DNA of 64,000 nt from Phycisphaerae bacterium (GCA_041946855.1 JBHGBE010000005.1:11108-75107), one strand, 5' to 3'; numbered from the stretch's first letter, positions 27,951 through 37,616 are shown. Numbers and translations: made by a program. The notes: generated by a model from the sequence alone, not told the origin.

Positions 27951-28565
27951 CTACATCTTGCGGACGACCCCCACGACGACGCCTTGTATGTTGATCTGGC
28001 CCGGCTCGACGTAGATCGGCTTGAACTCCGGGTTGGCCGGCTGGAGGCGGATGCGGTCCTTCTCCTTGAAGAACCGCTTAAGTGTGGCCTCGCCGTTGGC
28101 CAGCAGGGCGACCACGGTGTCGCCGTTCTTCGGGTTGCTGCGCTTCTCGCAGATGACCAGGTCGCCGTCGCGGATGTGGTCGTCGATCATGCTCTGGCCG
28201 GTCACCTGGAGCGTGAACTTCTCGCCCTGTCCCGCGAACATCTCCTCAAGGTCGAGCATCTGGTGCTGCTCGATGGCCTCTATGGGCTGTCCGGCCGCGA
28301 TCCGGCCGACAAGCGGGAACCTCGTCGCACGCTCATCCTCAAACTTGAAGCTGGGCGACACCCGCAAAGAGCGCGCCTTGTGCTTGCCGCCGCGAAGGAT
28401 GAGGCCCTTTCTTTCGAGCGCCCCGACGTGCTCGAACACGGTGACCTTGGTAAGGCCGAGATGATCGCCCATCTCCTGCATCGTCGGCGAATAGCCGTAG
28501 CGATGGCGGGTATCCCGTATGAACCGAAGGATCTCCAATTGCCTGGGCGTAACCGTAATCTCCAT
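27951..28565 (-). CDS. lexA: LexA repressor
   Basis: wHTH N-terminus. S24 peptidase Ala-Gly cleavage site (RIAAGQP). Ser...Lys dyad (VTGQSM...LKRF). Start placed at MEITVTP. Confidence 0.85.
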   Translation of the reverse strand: MEITVTPRQLEILRFIRDTRHRYGYSPTMQEMGDHLGLTKVTVFEHVGALERKGLILRGGKHKARSLRVSPSFKFEDERATRFPLVGRIAAGQPIEAIEQHQMLDLEEMFAGQGEKFTLQVTGQSMIDDHIRDGDLVICEKRSNPKNGDTVVALLANGEATLKRFFKEKDRIRLQPANPEFKPIYVEPGQINIQGVVVGVVRKM

Positions 28566-29314
28566 CTTCGTTCTCCCGCGGCGGACCAAGCGCCGCCAGC
28601 GCACAAGCCCTGCACGCCGCCATCGGCCGCAGGGCCGAGGCCGGCATCGCGATTTCCCTGACGCTGACCGACCGCTCCCGGACCACTCGCGCCCGTTTCC
28701 GCATCAACCAGGCGACAAGCCCGGAGGGTCTTGCGGCCGCCGGCTCGGCCTCCGCGCCAACCGGCGACCACTCGATACCATCCGGCCCCAAGCTCACCAG
28801 GGGCGTTTCCATTCCGTGCGGCGGCTGTGGCGTGGGGCTCGCGGCCGGACCGGCCGCCACCGACAGGGGCCGACAGTCCGGCGGCCATGGATACACGTAA
28901 TCGCCGCCGGGACCAAACTGGCACAAAGGATACTCAGTCATACCACACCTACTTTGGCATCTGTTAGCCTATCCTATCCTAACTTCGGCCGAACGTCAAC
29001 AGGAACATGAATCTTTTTTTTCAAGTTTCACGCGACTGGCCAGGGATCGCCCATCGACAGCCGGCAGCCGCTCGCCTTTCTACAATACCTGCGGGACCGC
29101 GGTGCATCGGCCCCTACCTATCGTAGACAGACTATCGGCAATGGGCTGGCGGTTTCCTGAGCCAAATGCGGGATGATTCACGCGCCGCTGAGGTAAGCGG
29201 CGGAAAAATGTGGCATGACGGGCTTGGCCCGCCATGCCGCTTTTGCATCCGGCTCCATCGGCCTGTGAGAAGCATGGTGACTTGCGACGGAGGCGCGGAT
29301 ATGTGGGTGTCTAT

Positions 29315-29599
29315 CTACAGAACCGGCGGCTCGTCCTTGGGCTCATCCTCGCGCGGGGGGCGATGGCGACTTTCCAGCATCTGCCGCAGGTAGCGGTTCT
29401 CCCGACGCGTGGCCTCCAGGTCGAACAGCAGATACCTGAGCTGTAGCCTCAGGTTGTTCAAGATCTCCTCTATTGGCATGTTCCGCTGTGCCTCCGACAC
29501 GTAGACGCCCTCGGCCGCCGCCTTGCCGGCGCGGAGGTGCGTGGCGTTCATCACGTCGTTCAGCTCCGCCAGCCTTTCCTTGATCGTCGCCTCATTCAT
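29315..29599 (-). CDS. Small coiled-coil hypothetical protein (ZapB-like leucine-zipper character, speculative)
   Basis: MNEATIKERLAELNDVMNATH...LRLQLRYLLFDLEATRRENRYLRQMLE shows a heptad Leu pattern. Lies in the same orientation as lexA, upstream of it. Confidence 0.35.
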   Translation of the reverse strand: MNEATIKERLAELNDVMNATHLRAGKAAAEGVYVSEAQRNMPIEEILNNLRLQLRYLLFDLEATRRENRYLRQMLESRHRPPREDEPKDEPPVL

Positions 29600-30057
29600 G
29601 GCAACACTCCAACAAAACGCCATCATGATACCGGTATGAGTCCAGCTACGTTAGACGATGCAATGGCGGTGCCAAGGGTGGTGCGAAGGAGTCCGCGGCG
29701 CGCAGCGCGCCTAACACCCTTGCAAAGAGGACGTTACGGGTATGGGAAACGGCGAGAAGACACGTCAAGTGTGCCGTTTATGCCGGAATGATTGCTGCCG
29801 GCAACATAGCAGCAGACCACAACCGCCCGACGAGCCCTGCCTAAGCGGTCTCGCGAGCGGCCTGGCTGCGGAATGTTGAAGGCCGGCAACATGTTTACAA
29901 CCGGCAACGTCAAGGTAGCCTGCCCTCGCGCCGCAGCGTTTGCACCGGGAACATACGATTCCCTCGGCCGAGCGGCAAATCCCGCAATTCGATTCCGCGG
30001 TTGGCAATCCTCTTGTGGCAAACGCGATATCGCCCGCTTACAATTACGCGGAGAAAT

Positions 30058-30711
30058 ATGGCCGTACAGGAGCAGCCCGTGGCTCAGCGGCAATTCGAAT
30101 TCGTGCTGGCCTCCTCCAGTCCACGGCGGCAGGCGCTGTTGCGCGATGCCGGCTACAGCTTCAAGGTGATCGCCCCGCCGATCCAGGAGCCCGACGAGAT
30201 CATCGGCAAACTGCCGCCGGCGCAGCAGGCGGAGTCGCTGGCGTACTTCAAGGCGCGCTCGGTGGCGGATGCGCATCCAGGCGTCTGGGTCCTCGCCGCC
30301 GACACGATCGTCACGCTGGCCGGCAAGGTGATGGGCAAGGCGGCCGACGCCGACGCGGCCCGCGCGATGCTCCGCACCCTCTCCGGCACGCGCCACACGG
30401 TCGTCACCGGCGTGGCCCTGCTTGGGCCAGACGAGGAGCGGCTCATCGCCTCCGACGTCACCCACGTTACCATGCGCAAGATGTCGCCGCTGGAGATCGA
30501 GTCGTACATCGCATCGGGCGAGTGGATCGGCAAGGCCGGCGCCTACGCCATCCAGGAGACGGCCGACCGCTTCGTCCAGAAGGTCGAGGGGAGCTTCTCG
30601 AACGTCGTCGGTCTTCCCGTCGAGCTGGTCGGGAGGATGATCGCCGAGATGCGCTCGCACCCGCAGATGCATAAGGCCGGCATGCCCATCACCCAGCAGG
30701 TTTCGCCATGA
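30058..30711 (+). CDS. maf: Maf-like nucleoside triphosphate pyrophosphatase
   Basis: FVLASSSPRRQALL...ADTIVTL...TRHTVVTGVAL...YIASGEW.GKAGAYAIQE. Confidence 0.85.
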   Translation: MAVQEQPVAQRQFEFVLASSSPRRQALLRDAGYSFKVIAPPIQEPDEIIGKLPPAQQAESLAYFKARSVADAHPGVWVLAADTIVTLAGKVMGKAADADAARAMLRTLSGTRHTVVTGVALLGPDEERLIASDVTHVTMRKMSPLEIESYIASGEWIGKAGAYAIQETADRFVQKVEGSFSNVVGLPVELVGRMIAEMRSHPQMHKAGMPITQQVSP

Positions 30712-31193
30712 GGCACATTCCCACGTTCCTTGCGGCCGTACTGCTCGCCGCGGCGCTGGCCGCCGCCGACGGCTGTTCCGAAAGGTCGCCCGTTACTCCG
30801 CGCGTCACCATCAACGGCCACACGTGGACCGTCGACCTGGCCACGACGCGCAAGCAGCGTTACGACGGCCTGTCCGGCCGGACGTACCTCGCGCCGGGCT
30901 ACGGGATGCTGTTCGTCTATCCCACGCCTCGGCCGCTTGAGTTCTGCATGCGCGGTTGCCCGGTGCCCATCGACATCGCCTTCATCGGCGCCGACATGCG
31001 CGTCATCAAGACATATCAGATGCACGTCGAGCCGAACCTTGAGGAGAAGGACATCTATCCCTCCGACCGGCCGGCGCAGTTCGCCCTGGAGGTGGCCGGC
31101 GGGACGCTCGTGCGGGCCGGCGTGAAGGAGGGAGACGTCGTCACCTTCTCCGCCGACATGCCCCCGCCAGCTAAAGCCGAGGACGAGCCTTGA
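30708..31193 (+). CDS. DUF192 (COG1430) secreted protein
   Basis: Signal peptide with lipobox. GLSGRTYLAPGYGMLFVY...PIDIAFIGADMRVI matches the DUF192 pattern. ATGA overlap with maf. Confidence 0.7.
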   Translation: MRHIPTFLAAVLLAAALAAADGCSERSPVTPRVTINGHTWTVDLATTRKQRYDGLSGRTYLAPGYGMLFVYPTPRPLEFCMRGCPVPIDIAFIGADMRVIKTYQMHVEPNLEEKDIYPSDRPAQFALEVAGGTLVRAGVKEGDVVTFSADMPPPAKAEDEP

Positions 31194-31314
31194 CGATGAA
31201 GAACCAGGAAATGAAGAATGCAGAATGATGAATGCAGAATGTAGAAGTCAGACGGGTACGTAATGGCTGTCACTTCATCATTTTACTTTGAACATTTTGC
31301 ATTCTGCATTTCCA
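31194..31314. repeat. Heptamer-arm inverted repeat element D (GAATGCA type)
   Basis: Left arm gatgaagaaccaggaaatgaagaatgcagaatgatgaatgcagaatgtagaag directly after the DUF192 stop. Right arm ttcatcattttactttgaacattttgcattctgcatttcc. Confidence 0.7.
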
Positions 31315-31345
31315 GTGGGTCAAGGCCCCACGTCTTCCGGGCGCT

Positions 31346-32596
31346 GTGCAGGAGCCTTGTCCCCTGGAGATCGACTTGCCGTCCAAGCGAAAGCTCCTGT
31401 GGATATCCGACGCCTCCGTGCCGCCCAACCTGCGCAAGGCGCTGGGCGACGAGTGGGAGCTCGCGCCCTGCGCGTTCGGCCAGACGCTTGAGGCCCAGCT
31501 TGCCGAGGCGGGCCTGGCGGTCATCTACCCCAACGGCCGGCGCGACGATCCACTGCACCTGGGCATGATCCTCGGCGCACTGGAGCGGACGCCGGCCGTC
31601 GCGCTGCTCATGCTCGACGGGCCGCGGCGCACGCGCGGCAGCGGCGCCTCACACGGCGCGCGCCCGGCCGTCGCGGGAAGGTCCGGCCAGTTCCTCTGCG
31701 CCGCCGCCGACAGCACGCCGCGCGAGCTTGCCGCCAAGCTCACGGCCGCCGCCGCCCTCCAGCCGGCCATCCGCGAACTCCACGCGGAGCTCGCCTCCGC
31801 GCGCAAGCTCGCCGCCACGGCCGGCGCGATGGAGGAACTCGACGAGGAGCTGCGCCTGGCCGCGCGGCTCCAGCGCGACTTCCTGCCGCGGCGGATGCCC
31901 GAGGTCGGCCCGGTGCGCTTCGGCGTGCTCTACCGCCCGGCGAGCTGGCTGTCGGGCGACATCTACGACGTGACGCGCCTCGACGAACGGCACGTGGGCT
32001 TCTACGTCGCCGACGCCGTCGGCCACGGCATGCCCGCGGCGCTGCTGACCATGTTCATCAAGCACGCCCTCCAGACCAAGCGGATCGTCGGCAGCACATA
32101 CCAGATCGTCCCGCCGGAGGTCTCGCTGGCCGAACTGAACGCCGACATCTGCCGGCAGAACCTGACGAGCTGCCAGTTCTGCACGGCCGTCTACGCGGTG
32201 CTCGACACCGAAACGCTCACGCTCACCTACTGCCGCGCCGGCCACCCGCCGCCGATCATATTCCGCAATCCGAATTCGACAATCGGCAATCTCCAATCTA
32301 CAATCCTCGACGCTCCCGGCAGCCTGCTGGGCGTCTTCCCGGAGGAGACCTACCAGTCGCGCACGGCCGTGCTCGCTCCCGGCGACCGCCTGGTTCTCTA
32401 CACCGACGGGGCGGAAGAGGCGCTTCGCCGCGCCGACGGCAAGGGCGGCCTGGAAAAGCTGCTCGCGCCCCTGGCGGCCGCGCCGCGGGATGAGATGCTC
32501 CTGCGCCTGGCCGCGATGCTCGACGACGCCGCCGGCAACCCCAACAGCCGGGATGACATCACCGTCATGGTTGTGGATGTCCAGCGCGAATCATAG
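31346..32596 (+). CDS. PP2C-family (SpoIIE/RsbU-like) serine phosphatase with an N-terminal regulatory domain
   Basis: VADAVGHGMPAALLT...YCRAGHPPP...LYTDG...D motifs. The exact start is uncertain. Confidence 0.8.
   Translation: MQEPCPLEIDLPSKRKLLWISDASVPPNLRKALGDEWELAPCAFGQTLEAQLAEAGLAVIYPNGRRDDPLHLGMILGALERTPAVALLMLDGPRRTRGSGASHGARPAVAGRSGQFLCAAADSTPRELAAKLTAAAALQPAIRELHAELASARKLAATAGAMEELDEELRLAARLQRDFLPRRMPEVGPVRFGVLYRPASWLSGDIYDVTRLDERHVGFYVADAVGHGMPAALLTMFIKHALQTKRIVGSTYQIVPPEVSLAELNADICRQNLTSCQFCTAVYAVLDTETLTLTYCRAGHPPPIIFRNPNSTIGNLQSTILDAPGSLLGVFPEETYQSRTAVLAPGDRLVLYTDGAEEALRRADGKGGLEKLLAPLAAAPRDEMLLRLAAMLDDAAGNPNSRDDITVMVVDVQRES
32262..32310 (+). repeat. Heptamer repeat block E (6-7 x CAATCNN) lying in frame inside the PP2C phosphatase CDS
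   Basis: ccgcaatccgaattcgacaatcggcaatctccaatctacaatcctcgac encodes RNPNSTIGNLQSTIL. It shares caatctacaatc with elements A and C. Confidence 0.65.
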
Positions 32597-32785
32597 CCGC
32601 GCCCGCCCGCCAACCGGCCCCGAGGCAGGTTTTACCCAGATTACCCAGTCGCATATAAGTTCGGGTTCGTTTCGGGATCTTGCCTTCTTTGGCGGGCCGG
32701 AAATGTTGATTTCAGGCAACTTTGGCTTTGTCTTGCAGAACGGCCCTTTTTGGCGAAGGCGGTTCTTGGGCGGTCTGCGGGTCGC

Positions 32786-32816
32786 ATATAACATATTGTA
32801 ACAACTAATGTTATAT
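32786..32816. promoter_or_regulatory. 9-bp inverted repeat ATATAACAT-N13-ATGTTATAT in an AT-rich island upstream of the 33033 cluster
   Basis: Seen directly. The surrounding 32597..33032 region is markedly AT-richer than the genome and non-coding. Confidence 0.4.
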
Positions 32817-33032
32817 CACAAACGCGAAATGTCTAAATCCCCCAGATTAACACTTTACGTATGTTGTGTATTCTGCGTATCCTTTTCAGCCAGCGCCCTT
32901 TAACTCTGCCTGCCTTACCCAATCTGTGCAATTCATGGGCACACCACGAGCCGCAGGGCCGACGGCCGTGGAATCGGATTGACGCCGATGGACGCCGCCA
33001 TGAGAATCTCCCAGCGGAATTGAGGACTACCC

Positions 33033-34025
33033 GTGAAGGCGTCGCTCCTGGATTATCTCGCATGCCCCTTCTGCCATTCCCCTCTGCGCCTGGAGGTCAG
33101 CGCTCGGGCAGGTGACATCATCGAGGCGGGCGCGGTCCAATGCCCATCCTGCGGCGATTCGTACCCCATCCGCGGCGGCATCCCCGACATGCTCTGCCCT
33201 CGCCTGGCCGGCATCGACCTCAAGCTGCGCGAGGTCCGCGGCTGGGTTGCGATGGCCTCCAAGGACGGTTGGTACGAGCCGGATGACCGCGTCGACCTGG
33301 CCCTCCCGTACGTGGTGGAGAAGCTGGGATGGGACCCCAGGGGCGCGGCCGTGTGGGTCGCCACGCGGACATCCTTCGAGCGCCTGCTGAACTGTTACGT
33401 GCGGCCGGGCATGCGCGTGCTGGAGGTCGGCGCGGCCAAGACGTGGGCCGGCCGTTACTTCATCCAGCGCGGCTGCCGGTACACCGCCTGCGACCTCGTG
33501 GGCGACGCCAACATCGGCGTCGGCCGGTCGCGCTTCTTCACGGAGCGTTTCGGCCATTACGAGGCGGTGGTGGCCGACGCCGAGCAACTGCCCTTCGCGG
33601 ATGGGAGCTTCGACCTGGTCTATGGCGTCGCCGCGCTTCACCACGCGCTGGACCTGCGCAGGATGGTCGGCCAGATGGCCCGCGTGGCCCGGCGCGGCGC
33701 TGTCGTCGCCGGCCTGAACGAGGGGGTGCGCTCCTACCGCGCCGGCGCCGAGGCCGGCGTGCAGGGCAAGGAGAAGCAGTTCGGCATAAACGAGCACGTC
33801 CACACGTTGGGGGACTACCGCGCCGCGTTCCGTCGCGGCGGCCTGAGGATCGCGGAGATGACCCTCGGCCTGGACCGCGCCGGCGCCGGCCCCAAAGGCA
33901 AACTCGGGCGGCTGATCGACGCCCTCCAGCGCATCCCCCGCATCGGCGGACCGATGGCGACATGGCTGACGTTGGGCCTGCTGCTGCCCTACGGCGGCGT
34001 CACGATCTTCGCGCGCAAACCGTGA
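33033..34025 (+). CDS. SAM-dependent methyltransferase with N-terminal Trm112-like zinc-ribbon domain
   Basis: LDYLACPFCHSPL...CPSCGDSYPIRGGIPDML (Trm112 fold). VLEVGAAKTWAG class-I methyltransferase motif I. Confidence 0.7.
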   Translation: MKASLLDYLACPFCHSPLRLEVSARAGDIIEAGAVQCPSCGDSYPIRGGIPDMLCPRLAGIDLKLREVRGWVAMASKDGWYEPDDRVDLALPYVVEKLGWDPRGAAVWVATRTSFERLLNCYVRPGMRVLEVGAAKTWAGRYFIQRGCRYTACDLVGDANIGVGRSRFFTERFGHYEAVVADAEQLPFADGSFDLVYGVAALHHALDLRRMVGQMARVARRGAVVAGLNEGVRSYRAGAEAGVQGKEKQFGINEHVHTLGDYRAAFRRGGLRIAEMTLGLDRAGAGPKGKLGRLIDALQRIPRIGGPMATWLTLGLLLPYGGVTIFARKP

Positions 34026-34476
34026 GGCGGCGGCGGGCGGCAGGGCTTGCGCGGCGCAGCAGAGCAGCCACGTATCGTTCGTGTTGAAGGGCGGCGGGCA
34101 GAGCGCGGCGGGCGACGAGAATTTTTTTTCGCCTTTGGCCGGTGACAGTGGACTTGGGGCCGAAGCGGACCGTAATATGGAAGGCTGAAGACCGAGCGTG
34201 CAACGGCGCCTGTTGCGCGTCGGTCCCAAGGGTGCGGCAGTACAGTGCTGTCGTAGGTGTTCGGGCAGGTCGGGCCGCCTCCCGGAGAATGGACTGCGGA
34301 GAGCGGCATGGACAAGCTCGAGCGCACGGCCATTTCCACCAATCAGGCCAGCGGCGCCGGCTGTGTTTTGCGCCTTGGCCGCACGCTGTTCCGCGGCGCG
34401 ACGCCGCCGGCGGCCCGCCCGGCCGCGCGGGGCGCGGCGCGCGCCGTGGCCTGGGCCGCGGGGTAGGAGGTGGTCC

Positions 34477-36084
34477 GTGAAGATCACCAACATCCTGACC
34501 CCGGAGACTGTCATCACGGGCCTATCGGCGGCCAGCCGGGATGAGGCAATCCGCGCGCTGATAGACCTCCTGGGCAAGTCCAGGTGCGTTGACGGCGAGA
34601 GGGCCGGGCTGGACGTCGCGGCCAGGGACCGAAGCGGCCTGACCCTCATGTCCATGCGGGGGCCGGTCGTGGCGGTTCCCCACGCCCGCACCAGCGCGTG
34701 CAACCAGTTGGTCATGGCGCTGGGAACATCGCCCGAGGGCGTGCCGTGGGACGGCCCCACCCGCGCGAACCTGGCCGTGCTCATCCTTTGCCCGCCCCAG
34801 GCGCACGCGCTGTACCTGCGGGTCCTGGGCCGCATCGCCCGGATGTTCGAGGCCAGGGACCTGCTCGAATCGATGCTTCGCGCCTCCACCGGCAGGGAGG
34901 TCATGGCCCTGCTGGCGGCGGCCGAGGAGCCGCTGGGCGAGATGGTCGCCGGCGACGGGCTCCCGACCTTCTGCGTCCTGGGCGCGGGCCATGGGGGCCT
35001 GGCGATGGCCGCCCATCTTGCCCTGAACGGGTGCAAGGTGAACGTCTTCAACAGGACCGACGCGCACATAGAACTGGTCCGCACAAGGGGCGGCATTGAC
35101 GCCGAGGGAGAGGTGAACGGATTCGCGACCCTCAATGTCGTCAGTTCCAACCCGGCGGAGGCAATAAATGATTGCGACGTGCTGATGGCGGTCGTGCCGG
35201 CGACCGCGCATCGCGACATCGCCAGGATCATCGCCCCGCACATCAAGGACGGGCAGACCCTCGTTCTGAACCCGGGGCGGACCGGCGGGGCCCTGGAGGT
35301 CGCCAGGATCATACGCCAGGGCAATCCCAACGTCCGGCCGTATATAGCCGAGGCGCAGACGCTGCTCTACGCCGCCCGCGCGACGAACCCCGGCCAGGTG
35401 CGGGTGTTCGGGGTCAAGAACTCCGTGCCGCTGGCGACGCTGCCGGCGTACAGCGTCACCGACGTGCTGCCCGTCATTCGCAAGGCCCTGCCGCAGTTCG
35501 TCCCCGGCGACAACGTGCTGAAGACCAGCCTGGACAATATCGGCGCGGTCTTCCATCCCGCCATCACCATCCTCAACGCCGCCCGCATAGAGGACACGCA
35601 CGGCGACTTCGAGTACTACGTGGAGGGGGTCACGCCCGCGGTGGCGAGGGTCCTGGAGGAGATCGACAAGGAGCGGGTGGCCGTGGCCGCCGCGCTGGGC
35701 ATCCGCGCCAACACGGCCCGCGAATGGCTGTACCTCGCGTACGACGCGCCCGGCAAGACGCTCCTCGACGCCATGAGGGCCAACGCCGGGTACGCGGGCA
35801 TCAAGGCCCCCGGCACCATGGAGCACAGGTACATCTCGGAGGATGTGCCCTGTAGCCTCGTGCCCATAGCGTCCATAGGCGAGATGCTTGGCGTCCGCAC
35901 GCCGACTATCCGCTCGATCATCCGCCTTGCCTCCGCGATGCACGGCGTGGACTACTGGGCCGAGGGCAGGACGGTGGAGCGGCTGGGGATCAACGGGATG
36001 TCCGTAAAGGAGATTCGTTTCCTGGTGGTGGGGGCTGAAGGGGCCGCCGAGCCGCCGGCGCCGGCGCCTCCCGCGGAAGAATGA
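34477..36084 (+). CDS. PTS EIIA(Ntr)-type domain fused to an NAD(P)-binding opine-dehydrogenase-like domain
   Basis: GTG start with an AGGAGG ribosome-binding site. ITNILTPETVITGL...VVAVPHARTS (EIIA-2 with phosphorylatable His). FCVLGAGHGGLAMAAHLALNGCKV Rossmann fold. Octopine/nopaline-dehydrogenase-like C-terminal helical domain. Confidence 0.65.
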   Translation: MKITNILTPETVITGLSAASRDEAIRALIDLLGKSRCVDGERAGLDVAARDRSGLTLMSMRGPVVAVPHARTSACNQLVMALGTSPEGVPWDGPTRANLAVLILCPPQAHALYLRVLGRIARMFEARDLLESMLRASTGREVMALLAAAEEPLGEMVAGDGLPTFCVLGAGHGGLAMAAHLALNGCKVNVFNRTDAHIELVRTRGGIDAEGEVNGFATLNVVSSNPAEAINDCDVLMAVVPATAHRDIARIIAPHIKDGQTLVLNPGRTGGALEVARIIRQGNPNVRPYIAEAQTLLYAARATNPGQVRVFGVKNSVPLATLPAYSVTDVLPVIRKALPQFVPGDNVLKTSLDNIGAVFHPAITILNAARIEDTHGDFEYYVEGVTPAVARVLEEIDKERVAVAAALGIRANTAREWLYLAYDAPGKTLLDAMRANAGYAGIKAPGTMEHRYISEDVPCSLVPIASIGEMLGVRTPTIRSIIRLASAMHGVDYWAEGRTVERLGINGMSVKEIRFLVVGAEGAAEPPAPAPPAEE

Positions 36085-36098
36085 GTGGAGATGCCGAT

Positions 36099-37586
36099 AT
36101 GTGTGGAATACTTGGAGTCTCCCGCGGGCGCGAAGCACGCACCGTCGCGCCCCTGCTGAAGCTGCTTGAGCATCGCGGCCCCGACGGCAAGGGCCTCTGG
36201 CACGACGACCATCACACGTTCGGGCACACTCGCCTGAGCATCATCGACCTGGAGGGGGGCGGCCAGCCGATGAGCGGCGCCGACGGCCGGATGCATGTGA
36301 CCTTCAACGGCGAGATATACAACTATCAGCAGCTCCGCCAGGCCATGGGCGAAGGGGTGTTTCGCACTCACAGCGATACGGAAGCCATCCTGGGTCTTGC
36401 CCAGACCGGCAGTCTCCCTGAAGTGTGGGTGAGGAAGCTGGATGGCATGTTCGCCTTCGCCCTGGCCGACGGGGCCGACCTCATGCTGGCGCGTGACCCG
36501 CTGGGGATCAAGCCGCTCTACATCGGCCAGGTCAAGGGCGCGATGGCGTTCGCGTCGGAGCTCAAGGCCCTGGTGGGAAGGGCGAGCCACATCTCGGAGT
36601 TCCCGCCCGGACACGTCTTTCACGTCAAGAGCGGCCTGAAGTGCTACTGGCGCTTGGAGAGGGCGGCCAAGGACATCCAGGACGCCCGGGAGGCGAAGGC
36701 CGGCCTGCGCGAGCGGCTGGAGCGAGCGGTCAGGACAAGGCTGATCGCGGATGTGCCGGTGGGCGTGTTCCTCAGCGGCGGGCTGGACAGCAGCCTTATC
36801 GCGGCGCTGGCCCGGAGGCACAAGCATCCCCTGGACACGTTCTCCGTCGGCACGGAGGGCAGTCCCGACCGGCTGCTGGCCTGGCAGGTGGCGGCGTTCC
36901 TGGGGACGCGCCATCACGAGCGCGTCTATGACATCGAGGAGGCCATTGAGGCGCTGCCGGAGGTGATCTACCACCTGGAGTCCTTCGACTGCGCGCTGGT
37001 CCGCAGCGCAGTCCCCAACTTCTTCCTGGCCAAGCTGGCGAGCCAGCACGTCAAGGTGTCGCTGTCCGGCGAGGGGGCGGATGAACTCTTCGCGGGCTAC
37101 GAGTACCTCAAGGACATTCCGGCCGACGCCCTCGACGCGGAACTGCTGAACATCACCTCCGCCCTGCACAATACGAACCTCCAGCGGTGCGACCGCATGA
37201 GCATGGCGCACGGCCTGGAGGTCCGCGTGCCGTTCCTGGACGACCTGGAGGTGGTGCAGTACGCCTTCCGGATTCCCGCGCGGCTGAAGCGCTATGGCAC
37301 GGAGGGAATTGAGAAATGGATACTCCGCATGGTCGCCCAGGACGTGCTGCCGGAGAACATCGCCTGGCGGAAGAAGATGAAGTTCGCCGCCGGCGCCGGG
37401 CTTGGCGACAAGCTGGCGGTCTTCGCGGACAAACAGATCAGCGACGGCGACTTCCGCCGCCAGCGCGAGATCGCGGATGGCACGTTCCTGGGCTCCAAGG
37501 AGGAACTGCTGTACTACCGCATCTTCAGGCAGATGTACCCGCGCGACGAGCTGATTCCACTGGTGGGGCGAAGCCGGAGCGTTTGA
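36099..37586 (+). CDS. Asparagine synthase (glutamine-hydrolysing) family amidotransferase
   Basis: MCGILG N-terminal nucleophile Cys. SGGLDSS PP-loop. Start set at the Met immediately preceding the Cys. Confidence 0.85.
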   Translation: MCGILGVSRGREARTVAPLLKLLEHRGPDGKGLWHDDHHTFGHTRLSIIDLEGGGQPMSGADGRMHVTFNGEIYNYQQLRQAMGEGVFRTHSDTEAILGLAQTGSLPEVWVRKLDGMFAFALADGADLMLARDPLGIKPLYIGQVKGAMAFASELKALVGRASHISEFPPGHVFHVKSGLKCYWRLERAAKDIQDAREAKAGLRERLERAVRTRLIADVPVGVFLSGGLDSSLIAALARRHKHPLDTFSVGTEGSPDRLLAWQVAAFLGTRHHERVYDIEEAIEALPEVIYHLESFDCALVRSAVPNFFLAKLASQHVKVSLSGEGADELFAGYEYLKDIPADALDAELLNITSALHNTNLQRCDRMSMAHGLEVRVPFLDDLEVVQYAFRIPARLKRYGTEGIEKWILRMVAQDVLPENIAWRKKMKFAAGAGLGDKLAVFADKQISDGDFRRQREIADGTFLGSKEELLYYRIFRQMYPRDELIPLVGRSRSV

Positions 37587-37616
37587 CCGGTCCGGGGATG
37601 CAATAGCGAGGCCAAG

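Noticed and set aside
28339-28941. 200-aa ORF overlapping lexA in another frame
   Set aside because: As written it overlaps lexA by about 225 nt. Only the upstream 28566..28941 part might be real, and even that is uncertain. It is reported only as a low-confidence observation.
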